Source: Marsupella aquatica (Eukaryota; Plantae; Marchantiophyta). Taken from it: a stretch of DNA of 64,000 nucleotides. Shown here one piece after another: positions 1 to 22,475 of the stretch. The DNA lies in NCBI GenBank assembly GCA_973895155.1, contig OZ316893.1, positions 9,115,839-9,179,838 on the forward strand. The letters run 5' to 3'. Position 1 is the first letter of the stretch. Every line of letters begins with the position of its first letter. The notes under the pieces were generated by a model. The model saw only the letters and a program-made list of their open reading frames with translations. It searched no databases and had not been told where the DNA came from. Position numbers and translations under genes: made by a program.

Positions 1-2536
1 TGTGATGTCTGATGAAGCCTGTTTTAGTTAAGAGAACATCGTCATGTGCTTTCGTGTCTTCTCTCTTTCACTGAATCGCAATTCTGAACCTAAGAGCTCT
101 TAGACCAGCTACACTCCATGTTCGGTTTCATCTGCCCACCATGGCACCGCAAATCATGACTTGCCGAATTAATACTTGAGGTCAATCTTGGAAATGGGCG
201 ACAACTTCTGGCTGCTTATGAAATTTGTATCTCCCTTTGCCATTCAACAGAGAAGGGTTTGATGGGGTATTAAAACATACATAAGGAAGGGTCCACAACT
301 ACCTTCTTTCTATGAGTAGACTAGATCTAAGTTGACTCCTACCATGAACAGATGAAATGACAATAGGGCCAAAATTCCCAACATGACCAAAATTGCCCGA
401 AAGCCCATACAGTAGAGTTTTCCGTGGTCAATCCCGGATGAGTCAACCATTATCTTCATTCAGGGTGAGTTAACATTTGAACTCAGCTTCAGCGACTCAC
501 ATTTAGACTACAAGATCAAACTGCAAGGCGGTTACATGCTTCACCCTAAGCCACTAAGAGTTCCCAACAAGACTTTCCTGATCCTGCTTCAGTGAAAATA
601 ATGGTTGACTCAAAATAATGGTTGGGTCAATCACAGAGGGGTGATTAGCTGTGTGAGGGGTGACTCTACCGTTAATCAATTTTTGGGCTGCCATCGGTCT
701 TTTGATCCAGTTCATTTGCGTATGACCAGAAATACAATGAGAGATACCGGTAATTCATAGTTGAACTATAGGCAGCAGTCATTAAAAGTTCAGCTCAGAT
801 TCATGGAAAGGAGTCAAGGAATCAAGTCCCTCGCAAGGGAATCGACGTACCTTGCCCAAAGAGCCCCATGAGCAACTTCATTGTTCCTCGAATAATAAAA
901 GGGTCACTTTCCCTGTTCTCTTTTAGTGACAGTGATGAAAAGTGAGGGGATGCAGATATAGTAATTGCAAGTTATGGGCTTTTCCAAGGACCGTGTGAAC
1001 TCAGAATCACTGCTACAGCTACAGCTTCCTTCATCAAATTCACACTCTCCTGTAAAAAGTTCTTGAACTTTGGAACCACGTTAGAAAGCGACAGTTCGTG
1101 AGTTTGCGTTGTACCATCCTTTCAACTCATTTCAATGCAATAAAATAGTCGTGTCAACTCCTTAACGATCACAAATCGAGTGTTCAAGACTGTCTGCATG
1201 AGACACCCGTTCGGAAGGTCATGGGACGTTCGTCCTAACTGGGATTAATTGCCATTATTTTGTACAATTTGACCAAATTGTAAGTGTGCTTAACAGAGCA
1301 GTTACGGAATTACAATACTTTGCGTACACACGGGAGAATAGTTCCCTTTAATTTGGAAATTTCGAATCATCTGTACATTGGACTATAACAACTACTGTAT
1401 GCACAATGGAATTGGTTTCCACACCTAAGATGAATAGGATGGATTAGTCAATAGGACTTGCTTCTGCACCTGGCGTAGATCTTCGTAGGCAGAAGCGGGA
1501 TGGTAGGACTGTCGGAAAACTTTGCTTTTCGTCCATATTTTAAACTTCGGGAACTGTTCGGAGTCGCTTTCTCCCGAGGCTTGCCGGACAAATGCCGCTT
1601 TTCAGACCAGTTACGTCAGAAAGGGTCACGTTTCATGCTGTCAGAATCTCCAGCTTCGATGCAAACAAAGGTTTAACAGAATCAATCAGAAGTTAAAAGC
1701 TTCATCGCAGGAAAAGGCAACTTCACAAACCTCGTTTCCACTGCTGCAGTGCCTTAGGGTGAAAATCACTTCACCCGACCTTCCGCTTTTGCAGACAAAC
1801 CTTCGTTCTGGGAAGTGTTAACAGAATTAACATGTCCCCAAGCGAGGGCGTTCGCAAACAATCTGTCATAAGAGTACGTGGTTGCATCTTTCGAATGAAT
1901 CCGTTGAGAAATGCTCTACCGGCTACCTTCTACCACAGACAGTGACGTGTCGCCCCGCACTGAGATCCGAGAAGAAAAGCTGACTTCGGTGATGCCTAAG
2001 TCAGAACTCTGTCTTGGCCAAATATGCTTCTTGCTGAATTTGTCCTTAGTTCATTGAGTTGACAAGATTCTCCAGTCCTCTGAGGTGCAACACCGCAGCT
2101 CGAGTAATCATTGAGCTGTAAGCTGCAGAAGAATCTCAAATCTCGTATATGCCTTCGTAGTTTTCACGCGTCAAAAAGTACATTTGAAGATCATACTTTA
2201 CCAAGGTCTTGAAAGCCTCATTCATACAACTAACTCTCCCATCCATCAATTTCAATGCATCTGCCCACATTGTTATACATATTTGACAAGTTGAACGCAA
2301 ACAAACATGCATAAATCATGAGAGCAAAATTGACAGACGGCGGGAAAGAATAAATCTCAGAATAATGTACAAACTAATGGAGGCACTATGGGCATCTATG
2401 TCTACGATGTTGCTATTCTGTACAGTAAGAATGATGTCTAGGAGGTCATTACAGACTTTACCTACTGTCTGTAAGATCGCAAGGGACAAACCTGTCACTC
2501 AATTACAGAAGAGCCACAAGCAAGAACACAGCAACA

Positions 2537-13428
<10,892 letters not shown>

Positions 13429-14342
13429 TGCTTTGTCAACCTTCGCCCTCGCGGGCGACTTTCCTTTCTGTCACTCGTCAACAATAACCGAAGGCTCCGC
13501 CAACAGACGACCTCCAACCCAGCAATGCTTTCTTGCTTCCACTTCTCGCACCGCAACATCAGCTAAGTACTGCAGCGCAAAGTACCGTTCCCTGCATTGG
13601 ATAAAGCAACGATAGAAATCAGATACAATGTCCTCTCTCGGCAAGCAGCCTCCCGGGCACAACTCCAAAAAAAAACTTCCGCCGGGAAAAAAACCACAAT
13701 CAAGCGCGAAGCGAATTTTGGGCCACAACGGCGCAAATAAAACAACTCAACAAAAACATGGTTCCAGTCCAGGACCACACCAGAGCAGCTTCACAACGCA
13801 ACAAACGACACACCTTGTTCTCCTCTTGTCCGAGCTTCCAGCTCCAAGCATTCTAAAAAAACAACAACAAAAACACGAGACGGTCTTACCTTCAGACTGT
13901 CGACGAGTTCCAGCGCTGATTCTCAATCAACCATCCAATCGACCACACAGCACTACTTGCGCGCGTCATCGTAAGTGAGGAGAGTCCAGTGCTCGTCTTC
14001 TTCGCCACCTGCGTACCGCGCTACATCCGTTGAACAAGCAGGGAAGCTCCGCGAATTCGGCTCTGCTGGTCCGTCGCGAAGAATCAATTTCCCCGTGTGC
14101 TCGAGCGACGACGCGGCCACAGAACTACGAGCGGAACTGTGGTCGTGACAACCATGGTACCATAGAGCTCGCGCTCGCGGCGCCCTTCATTCGACCTTCG
14201 AGTCCGTTCCGTTCCGTTCCTTTCCTTTCCTTTCCTTTCACGATGGAAGACGAAACCTACACGACGGATCGTGAAGCTACTACGGTGTTCGTTCAAGCGG
14301 CGACAGTGTTTTACGGGCGGGGGGAAAGACCGGCGGGCGGAT

Positions 14343-14978
14343 GGACGCTCACCCCGCGCTTTTTTCAAGAGCAACTGGGACCAACTTTACTAAAACCATT
14401 TTTTTTAATTTCTCACCCCCATGACTGATTGAACATAATTTACTCGGTTGCCCTGTAAAATGTAAATTAATCTACAGTACTTATTATGTTATTTCCTTGC
14501 AAGGAATCGGTGATCGGTGCACCAGGGATTACCTGTAGCTCTTGGCTCTTGGTGGGACTTAATTACTTAAACCATCACTAGCCGCCATGACAAAAAGCTG
14601 GACGCTCACCATGCGCTTTTTTCAAAGAGCAATTGGGACCAATTTACTAAAACCATTTTTTTTAATTTTTTCACCCCCATGATTGAACATAGTTACTCGG
14701 TTGCCCAGTAATTTTATCGACTTATCATGTTATTTCCTTGCAAGGAGTCAGTGTGCTAGGGATTATCGAAGCTCTTGGTGGGACTTAAACCATATCACTA
14801 GCTGCCATGACAAAAGCTGGACGCTCGCCCCGCGCTTTTTTCAAGAGCAACTGGGACCAACTTTACTTAAACCATTTTTTTTTATTTCTCACTTCCATGA
14901 TTGAACATAATTACTCAGTTCCTTTGTAAATTTACCCTGTAAATTTGAAATTTATCTACTTATTATGTTATTTCCTTG
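14343..14978. repeat. Tandem array of a ~210-260-bp unit, left part
   Basis: Unit GACGCTCACC..TTTTTCAAGAGCAACTGGGACCAACTTTACTAAAACCATTTTT..TTTCCTTGCAAGGAATC..CCATGACAAAAGCTG starts at ~14343, ~14600 and ~14820. The third copy is cut at CCTTG by the insertion at 14979. Confidence 0.9.
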
Positions 14979-17900
14979 TGTGGTAGAGTGGTCAAACTGT
15001 TAAAGAACACTTTAACCTCTAAAGACCTGAATTCGTTCCCTTTAAGAGTGAATGAAAAGCAAATTGGTACTAAAAAGAGCAAATAAGATGTTGATTTGGC
15101 ATAACCTTACCAAGGAGTTCTCTCTCCTGAGGATTGATAGTAATCAATGCACAAAAACTAATAATTAAAGAAAGGCATGGAAAAGGACTAGTAAGAATGC
15201 CTTATCAATTGACTCATGAGAAAAGATGATGGAAAATGACGATCCCTAGCAAATCAACAGGATTCTGGATTTTTAAGATTTGGAAGGCAACAGAGCTCAT
15301 AACATGGTCGAATTAGAATAGACATCAAACATTAACTAGAAATTGACATGGAGATCTAGCTATCAAACCAAGAATTCTTTCTGATCAACAAATGGTGACG
15401 GTACTAGAATGCTTGAATTGATATCTTCTCACACAAAGATTTCTAGATTGTCAAATTGATAACTTCTCAATCAAATTTAGATAATTACTCATGGGAAAGG
15501 AAACATTCCATTTCGACTACTAGAACAGCAGGAGTTCAATGCTACCTAGAATCATATGAGTAATTCAAATTGAAATCCAACTTCAAAGTATGATGGTAAA
15601 ATTTCTAAGTATTAACTTCTCAACAGGAGGAGTCTGCAGTTCTACTCACAGCAGGTCAAGGCTCAACAGGAGCACCTGAGGAGGAGCTTCTATGCTTCCA
15701 ACAGAAACTGAGAACTAAGGAAAAATGAATCTGTGTTCCTCCAAAGATACACAAAGGAAGGATCCCAAAAGTCACAAAGTGTCATGTCCGGTTTTCATGG
15801 AAGAAAAAGTAACTGTCAATCAAAATCCGGAAATGAGAACAAAGGAAAATCCGGAAATGGATGTAAGGCAAAATCCGGGTTTTGATTTCCGGTTCTACTA
15901 CTAAATCCGGATTTAGATCTTAGTCGGTTCCGGAAATGCTAACTAACTAACTAAAACAACTAATCTACTGAGCATCATCAACTACATCTACTCTAAGTGA
16001 CTCATGTGTAAGATCAACTGGACTAGCAGGTTTCAGAGGAGGAGATGTAACTAAACTCGCAGTAGCCTCCAAGTCCTTCAAATCAAAAGGTGTTTCGCGT
16101 GGACTGATCGTCGGAGGTGACACTGACGGAAAACGGAACTCAACCTTCTCAAATTCGGGTGGGGTGCCTCCTACTTCATTTTCATCTTGCAACACCGGAG
16201 ACGTTCCGGATTCCGGAATCCGAATTCGGGGAGGAGTCAACATGGACTTCGCATCCGAAATCACTTTCTCCATCTGCTCAAACGTTCCGGAAATCTTCTT
16301 GGCAAAGCGGTTATTGCACTCAATAACCTTAACAAGGGTGCCTGGGTTGGCTGTCGCTAAATACTTATCTATCAGGTTAGCTTCCAACAAGCTCAGGACT
16401 GGTACATGAAGTGCTTCTTGAACACTAGTAACTGCAGCATTCAGTAATTTCCGGATCTTCAGGTGTTCCTCCAACTTCTTCTGTGCAGCATCCAACTGGT
16501 CCACCAAAGAGTCAATCTTCTGTCTGTCCTTGAAGGCCTGATCCTCCAAGTCCCAGATCCGCTTCTTAGCCTGACTCTTGATCACCATGTCCAGGGTGGA
16601 AACGATGACAATCGGGCTGCAGTTGAGCATCTCATCAACCGTCCCAACAAGGTCCTCAAGTTGTTTCGTCTTTCCGGCCGCACTCTCCAAGAAAATCCGG
16701 ACATGCTCCAACTCTGCTGATGCCGTCCACTTCGAACTGGGGGTCACACCCGGAAGACTTCCTCTACTTTCCGGTCTCCGGACAGGTTCCGGAACTTCAA
16801 TAGGATCCGGTTCCAGACTCTGCACAAATTTCTTCTGCGTCCTGGGAGGTCGCACTTCCACAACCGGTTCTTCTTCAGACTCAGTCCCTTCAGGTGTTTG
16901 CCAATCCGGATCTCCGAGTTGGGCTAACATGGCTTGATTCTCATACTCCTCCGCTTCTTCATCTGTAAGAATCCGGTCCATTGCGTAAAGATTGGCTAGA
17001 TAGCAAGAAAGGGATGTGGGAGTCTTCAAATGAAGATTCCGGACCTGGTTGGCTATAACTTCCTCCAAAACTTTGGCCCAGGAAATCTTCTTCTCCCCTA
17101 TGTTAGCAGCAATAGTATTTCCAATCCGGATTATAACTCGTCGAGGCTTGGCAGGGGAAAGAAGTGGAAGCAAAAAGGACAGAACATCGTAAAACTCCTC
17201 ATTACAACACTGGGAAACCTTCCAACCGTCCTTCGGATCCACTTCACCATCAAAATAGTTATCCGCAAAGGCATTCTTGGAGGTCAGGAAGCCCTCTCCC
17301 TTCAAAGGCACATCCAAAAGAGAAGAGATAACTGCTGCAGTCCACTTTTCCAGTTTTGCTCTGATCGAATCCGGAAATTCCGAAGCAAGGGTTGTGCGAT
17401 TCTGGACCTCCTTCACGAATATTGCACTCTGGTATCCCCATGGCAGCTCCATCAACTTCGCACAGCCCATGGTCTCAAGGTTCCCCTGCAAGCGGTCCTT
17501 CCTTGTTGAATCCGTGGGAATTTCCGGTCGCAACGGCTTTTCGTTCACAACGACTGTCCGCTCCTTGGTCGTCCGCTTTGGTAGCGTCCGGATTCCGGAT
17601 TTGTCCGGGGCAAAATCCGGGTCCTTTCTCTTCACCAAAATGAGGAGATGGAGAGAAAGAATCCAAATTAAAATCCTTCCAAAATCCAAAATTCCCAATC
17701 GAACGATCATCCAATCCGGAAATCTGAATCAAGTCGCAAACTTCCCCTCTCAATCGAACGATCACCCACTTCCCCCGTAACGAACTTCCTTTCATCTATG
17801 GCCTCGAAACGGCAGCCTCGTCCGGCTCTAAGCTCTCCTATGATTCCTCGCAAAAGATTTCTGCAGCAGTTCGGTGGTGTGAGGAATGCTTGGTCTGGCG

Positions 17901-18176
17901 TGGTCTTAAGAACTCGGTTGCCAACTTCCGGTCTCCAGTCGGACGTCAGACTTATGGTTTTAATATTCATTCTCCCACGCCTACTCGCATGGCTCAACGG
18001 TGCCGTTACTTATAAGTTCCAAAAAATGGTGCTATCCGGATATTTCCGGATTCAATACTGCAAAGTAGTTTGTTATGGTCTTTTCCGGTCAAAGTATACT
18101 CCGTTAACCACTAAAAGTTGAAAATTTTTAAATTTTTGCACTTTTTAATTTCCTTATTTATAACCATGGTATCACA
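14979..18176. mobile_element. 3.2-kb TG..CA insertion, probably a very long solo LTR or an internally deleted LTR retrotransposon
   Basis: Starts TGTGGTA and ends TATCACA (imperfect inverted termini). 5-bp TSD CCTTG at 14974-14978 and 18177-18181. Removing it restores the host repeat TTTCCTTGCAAGGAATC. No second LTR copy or gag/pol is seen inside. Confidence 0.85.
15965..17710 (-). CDS. Uncharacterised 581-aa retrotransposon-associated protein (globular N-half, acidic/Pro linker, coiled coil)
   Basis: Intron-free ORF wholly inside the TG..CA insertion. Hydrophobic block KISWAKVLEEVIANQV..PTSLSCYLANLY, then a heptad-like stretch. No RT, integrase or protease motifs. Confidence 0.7.
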   Translation of the reverse strand: MIVRLGILDFGRILIWILSLHLLILVKRKDPDFAPDKSGIRTLPKRTTKERTVVVNEKPLRPEIPTDSTRKDRLQGNLETMGCAKLMELPWGYQSAIFVKEVQNRTTLASEFPDSIRAKLEKWTAAVISSLLDVPLKGEGFLTSKNAFADNYFDGEVDPKDGWKVSQCCNEEFYDVLSFLLPLLSPAKPRRVIIRIGNTIAANIGEKKISWAKVLEEVIANQVRNLHLKTPTSLSCYLANLYAMDRILTDEEAEEYENQAMLAQLGDPDWQTPEGTESEEEPVVEVRPPRTQKKFVQSLEPDPIEVPEPVRRPESRGSLPGVTPSSKWTASAELEHVRIFLESAAGKTKQLEDLVGTVDEMLNCSPIVIVSTLDMVIKSQAKKRIWDLEDQAFKDRQKIDSLVDQLDAAQKKLEEHLKIRKLLNAAVTSVQEALHVPVLSLLEANLIDKYLATANPGTLVKVIECNNRFAKKISGTFEQMEKVISDAKSMLTPPRIRIPESGTSPVLQDENEVGGTPPEFEKVEFRFPSVSPPTISPRETPFDLKDLEATASLVTSPPLKPASPVDLTHESLRVDVVDDAQ

Positions 18177-18181
18177 CCTTG

Positions 18182-18600
18182 CAAGGAATCAGTGTGCCAG
18201 GGATTATCGTAGCTCTAGGTGGGACTTAAACCATATCACTACATTAGTCGCCATGACAAAAGCTGGACGCTCACCCTGAGCTTTTTTCAAGAGCAACTGG
18301 GACCAACTTTACTTGAACCAATTTTTTTTAATTTCTCACCCACAGGCTTGATTGAACATAATTACTCGGTTGCCCACTTAGTGTATTATTTCCTTGCAAG
18401 GAATTGGTGCACCAGGGATTACCTGTAGCTCTTGGTGGGACTTAAACCATCACTACCAGCAATGACAAAAGCTGGACCCTCACCCTGCGCTTTTTTGAAG
18501 AGCAACTAGGACCACTTTACTAAAACCATTTTTTATTTCCCACCCTCGTGATTGAACATAATTACTCAGTTGCCCTGTAAATTTGTCTATTTATTATGTA
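18182..18600. repeat. Tandem array of the ~210-260-bp unit, right part
   Basis: Continues the interrupted unit (CAAGGAATCAGTGTGCCAGGG), with further copies at ~18265 and ~18475. Degenerate pieces recur near 19200-19470. Confidence 0.88.
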
Positions 18601-19980
18601 CAGGGACTGGGTGTACAAAAAAATATAGTTGGGAGTATGATTTTCCCTCACACTCCTAGCCCCCCTCTATAGGAATAGTGCAGGGTATTCTCATTGGCTC
18701 TCAAGTCCAAAACTCCTACATTTTATATGTAGTGTACAGCTTGGAATATGGTGTATTTGGGGGCTTGGGGTGTCAGAGGGAGTGATTGTACTTCCTACCC
18801 CTGGCCATGAAACCTTGCCCTAAGCATGGATGGATGAGGGGTTTGTTTTGCCAATCTCCATGGACTGTGACGCACACTCCTTCACTTTACACCCAAAGTT
18901 CACACTAATGCATTATCTTTGGCAGGATGCTCACTTCTGAGAAGGATGCCCTTGGTAGTTCGTGCATGAGCCATGACCTACCACTGTGTATGCTAATGGA
19001 AAACCATTTGTGAGCCGTCAATTAGAGCCCATTTACAGGTCACATTCTAGTCAAAACTATAAAGAGTGTTATCCGAGCAATTTTTTGATGTTTTGAGTCA
19101 GCCCATCTCAGCTTTAAAAATCCATGGGGGCTTCACTGAAAACCCCTCAGTCCATCCAGGCTGTACTTTCCCCGAATCAAACACAATCTCTAAGTTTTCA
19201 TGTAAATTAATCTACTTACTATGTTATTCCTTTGCAAGGAATCAATCGGCCTTAGATAACTCAAACAACTGGAATTTGCAGCTAAGATCTATACATGGGG
19301 CAGCTTAAAAATTTAAAAGTTTTGGGAGCAACTTAAGAAAGTTGTCCAATTTTGCATGTGATTCAGTTAAAAACAGTAATGAGAACCATATTAATTTTTT
19401 CACTCCCAAAAATTGAACAAAGTTACTCAGTTGCCCCGTAAGTTAATCTATTTACTATGTTATATCCTTGCAGCTAAGATTAACCTTGGGGGTAGGTTAC
19501 TAATTAAAACAGTTTTGGGGCAAAAAGTCTTTTGGGTAGCTTAGTAAAAAAACAGTTTACTAGAAAGGCTGCAACAAAGTCAGAGAACCAATTTACAAAA
19601 TAGGCCAAAAAAAGTTAAAGAGGATTAATTTAGTAGCAAGGGCTAAACAAAAGGGTTCACACAAAGGGTGGGACAGACATCTCACCTTTTTGTAGACTCA
19701 GATTTCATCTCAATCGTTACTTAGGTTAGGGACTGGTTGTTCTTGATGTAGAAGACTAATGGCGGCCCTTTCAGATCTGGTTTGCCCAAGCCTACATGGC
19801 AGTCGGTGGGTCCAGCAAGTAAAGGTTAAGAAATCCTGACAGTGAGAATGTCCATGTAGCAACAATGACATTTTTGGGAAGCTTGGTCGAAAAGTGGGAA
19901 GCTGGTTTTTATAACAACCATTTGAAGGGCACATTTCCTGTTATTCTGGTGAACTAGCTCAAAACCCGTGCGTTGCACAA

Positions 19981-20310
19981 AAGATGTCGTTGAGAAAAAA
20001 AATGTCGTGTTGGCCAAGACGTTGTTGAGAAAAAAGATATCGTGTCGGCCAAGATGTTGTTAAGAAAAAAGATATCCTATTGGCCAAGACGTCATTGAGA
20101 AAAAAGATGTCGTGTTGGCCAAGATGTCGTTAAGACAAAAGTTGTCGTGTCTGGGGTCGTGTTGCCAATGATGTTGTTATGTAAAAGATGTCATTAAAAA
20201 CAGAAGTTGTGTTGCCAAAGAAGTTGGGTCACCAAAGAAGTTGTTATGTGAAAGATGTTGTCAAGTAAAAAGATGTTGTTAAAAAGATGTCAAGTAACAA
20301 GATGTTATTA
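19981..20310. repeat. 35-bp tandem repeat (AAGATGTCGTTGAGAAAAAAGATGTCGTGTTGGCC) x~5, decaying into shorter AAAGATGTTGT units
   Basis: Directly visible periodicity. Confidence 0.85.
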
Positions 20311-21726
20311 AAAAGAGTCGGGCAGGGGAGAAGGGAAGAGGGAGGGAGGGAGGGAGTGGGGCGAGGCAGGGCCGGCCCGGGTCATTGGGGCCAGGAAGGA
20401 GGGTGGTGGGAGGTTGACCGCAAGAGTGTGGCAGTCGACGGTTGGCGCATGGGGCAAGGCAGCAGGGTGGTCGCCCCACTCGTAGTAGAGGGTGGCTGCA
20501 CAACATTTTACTTGCCTCGGCTCAGTGCTGTCGCCACGATGAGACTGCAATTGACCTCAGGAGCGGGTGTGAGGGCCATTTTTGGTCACTATTGCTTTGG
20601 TTCTTTTCCATATTGAATTTCTTTCACCCAAAATGGCCCTGTAAATTCAAATGACGACCACGGCAAAAAAAGGCGCAATTCCTTATTAGAGTTTTTGATG
20701 TTGTCAAATGTGGTTGTCCCTTTGTATATGTATCCCTTAACCTGTCACCCCAGCCAAGAGTGGTTTGGCCCCCAACCCCTTGTTATCTCATCCAAATATA
20801 TATAAAATTTTGCCAAGTATATTTGTTTTTATAAAATGATTTCATTCATATGAGTACCAAGGGGACTGGGTGTATACACTCTCCTTGCATTGCATGCACA
20901 TCAGGTGTACATTGGGGCAGGGTCAATACAAATAAGACAATGGTCAGGGAGGGATTAATTAAAGAGGGATAAAGAGTGTATTTGCAAATACAATGATGAC
21001 ATCAAAAGGAAGTACTGTACTTTGTACTCGCTAAAGTGATGAGGAATATCAAGAAGGATTCTGCTCCCTCATATTTTGCGGTGGATTTATTTTTATTTGT
21101 TCTCTTAGCTTTGCTTTGTATATGTGATTTCTTTCATTTGGCACGGACAACTGTAAATTTTGAATGACAACCACTTCAGAAAACGGCGCAACTGTGTATT
21201 ATAGGATTTAATGTCTAATGGGCCAAAGGGCCTTTGCAAATATCTATAAACTAATTTATTAGCACTAATAAGTAGACTATAAAAATACAACAAGAAATCG
21301 CCATAAAGTTTTAGAGGAGGGTTCACAAGGAATAAGGATCCTGGGATTTATTCAAGTTTGAGTCTCGGTTTGAAAATGTTTCAAGTCTGAATTTTCAACC
21401 ATAGTTGTGTTATTAAATATAGTAAGTTGTTAATGATCATTGGCAGTGGAAAGCTTGATGGTCTCCCCGCCATACTAATTGTTAAACATAGTGGACAATA
21501 ATTACAGACCCCCACTCGGGGTCCCTTCCAAAATTCCAGGCTCCACAACGCACCACATCATCACGGCACGTTGCAAACACGAAGAGACTTTTTTTTGGAT
21601 AAAATTAACTTTTGCATTCGTGTTTGTGGCAACTTTTCATTAAAAACTAGGATGTCATGCCGTAAAAAAGAATGTAAAAAAAACTGAAATGCAAATCAAA
21701 AGACAAAGATTGAGGTAAAACTGCCC

Positions 21727-21901
21727 TGTCGTGACATATAGTATCGAAGCCATAGTGTATCGAAAACATACAGTCACTGGCAAGGCATATGAGCAAGCTG
21801 CTAGCAACCAACATGCATAGAAAAAGTCCCATCACATTTACAAGTGCCAAGAAAAAGCAAATGAGGTGGTATGTACGTAGTGGAGGTGTAAACCTCTGTA
21901 T
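21727..21901 (-). repeat. Repeat B2 (175 bp), 3' end of the element
   Basis: Second copy of 22262-22436. Abuts A2 and ends ..CACGACA on the element strand. Confidence 0.95.
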
Positions 21902-22259
21902 ATAAAAGGTGTGATAGAAACAAGTGTACTGAAATCGAATCGAAAACCGGCGAGATGCCAAGATCGACCGGGAGCATCTAACGAATCACTGTGTGAATCC
22001 CGTGTACGGAACCGACGAGCACTGTCTAAGCTCTGTCGACAGCGATTCAAGAAGAACTGAAAACCCTCAAAGAAAGACATGCCCTAAGCAAGCAAAGTCC
22101 TGGCGTCACACTAACAAACACATTTGCTTCAAGAACGGCCCAGACTTGCTACAAGAACATGTCGCTAACTCAGGTAGTACACTAGCCCTAACTACATACC
22201 TAGCGGGCATGAGAGGGACATGCCGATGTGCATAAGAGGCACTGTCCCTCGGCATGACA
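21902..22259 (-). repeat. Repeat A2 (358 bp)
   Basis: Second copy of 31350-31707. Separated from B1 by only 2 bp (GC, 22260-22261). Confidence 0.95.
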
Positions 22260-22261
22260 GC

Positions 22262-22436
22262 TGTCGTGACATACAGTATCGAAGCCATAGTGTATCGAAA
22301 ACATACAGTCACTGGCAAGGCATATGAGCAAGCTGCTAGCAACCAACATGCATAGAAAAAGTCCCATCACATTTACAAGTGCCAAGAAAAAGCAAATGAG
22401 GTGGTATGTACATAGTGGAGGTGTAAACCTCTGTAT
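22262..22436 (-). repeat. Repeat B1 (175 bp)
   Basis: Matches 21727-21901 with 2 substitutions. Immediately preceded on the element strand by a G7 run (22437-22443). Confidence 0.95.
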
Positions 22437-22475
22437 CCCCCCCAGACCACAGCCAAAAGGAGGGCTGAAGAAAAG

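Noticed and set aside
1489-1792. Imperfect inverted repeat (GCAGAAGCGGGATGGTAGG / CCGACCTTCCGCTTTTGC) as a MITE
   Set aside because: Too degenerate, and no TSD was found.
14343-20310. CRISPR-like arrays
   Set aside because: These are head-to-tail tandem repeats without unique spacers, in a eukaryotic context with no cas genes.
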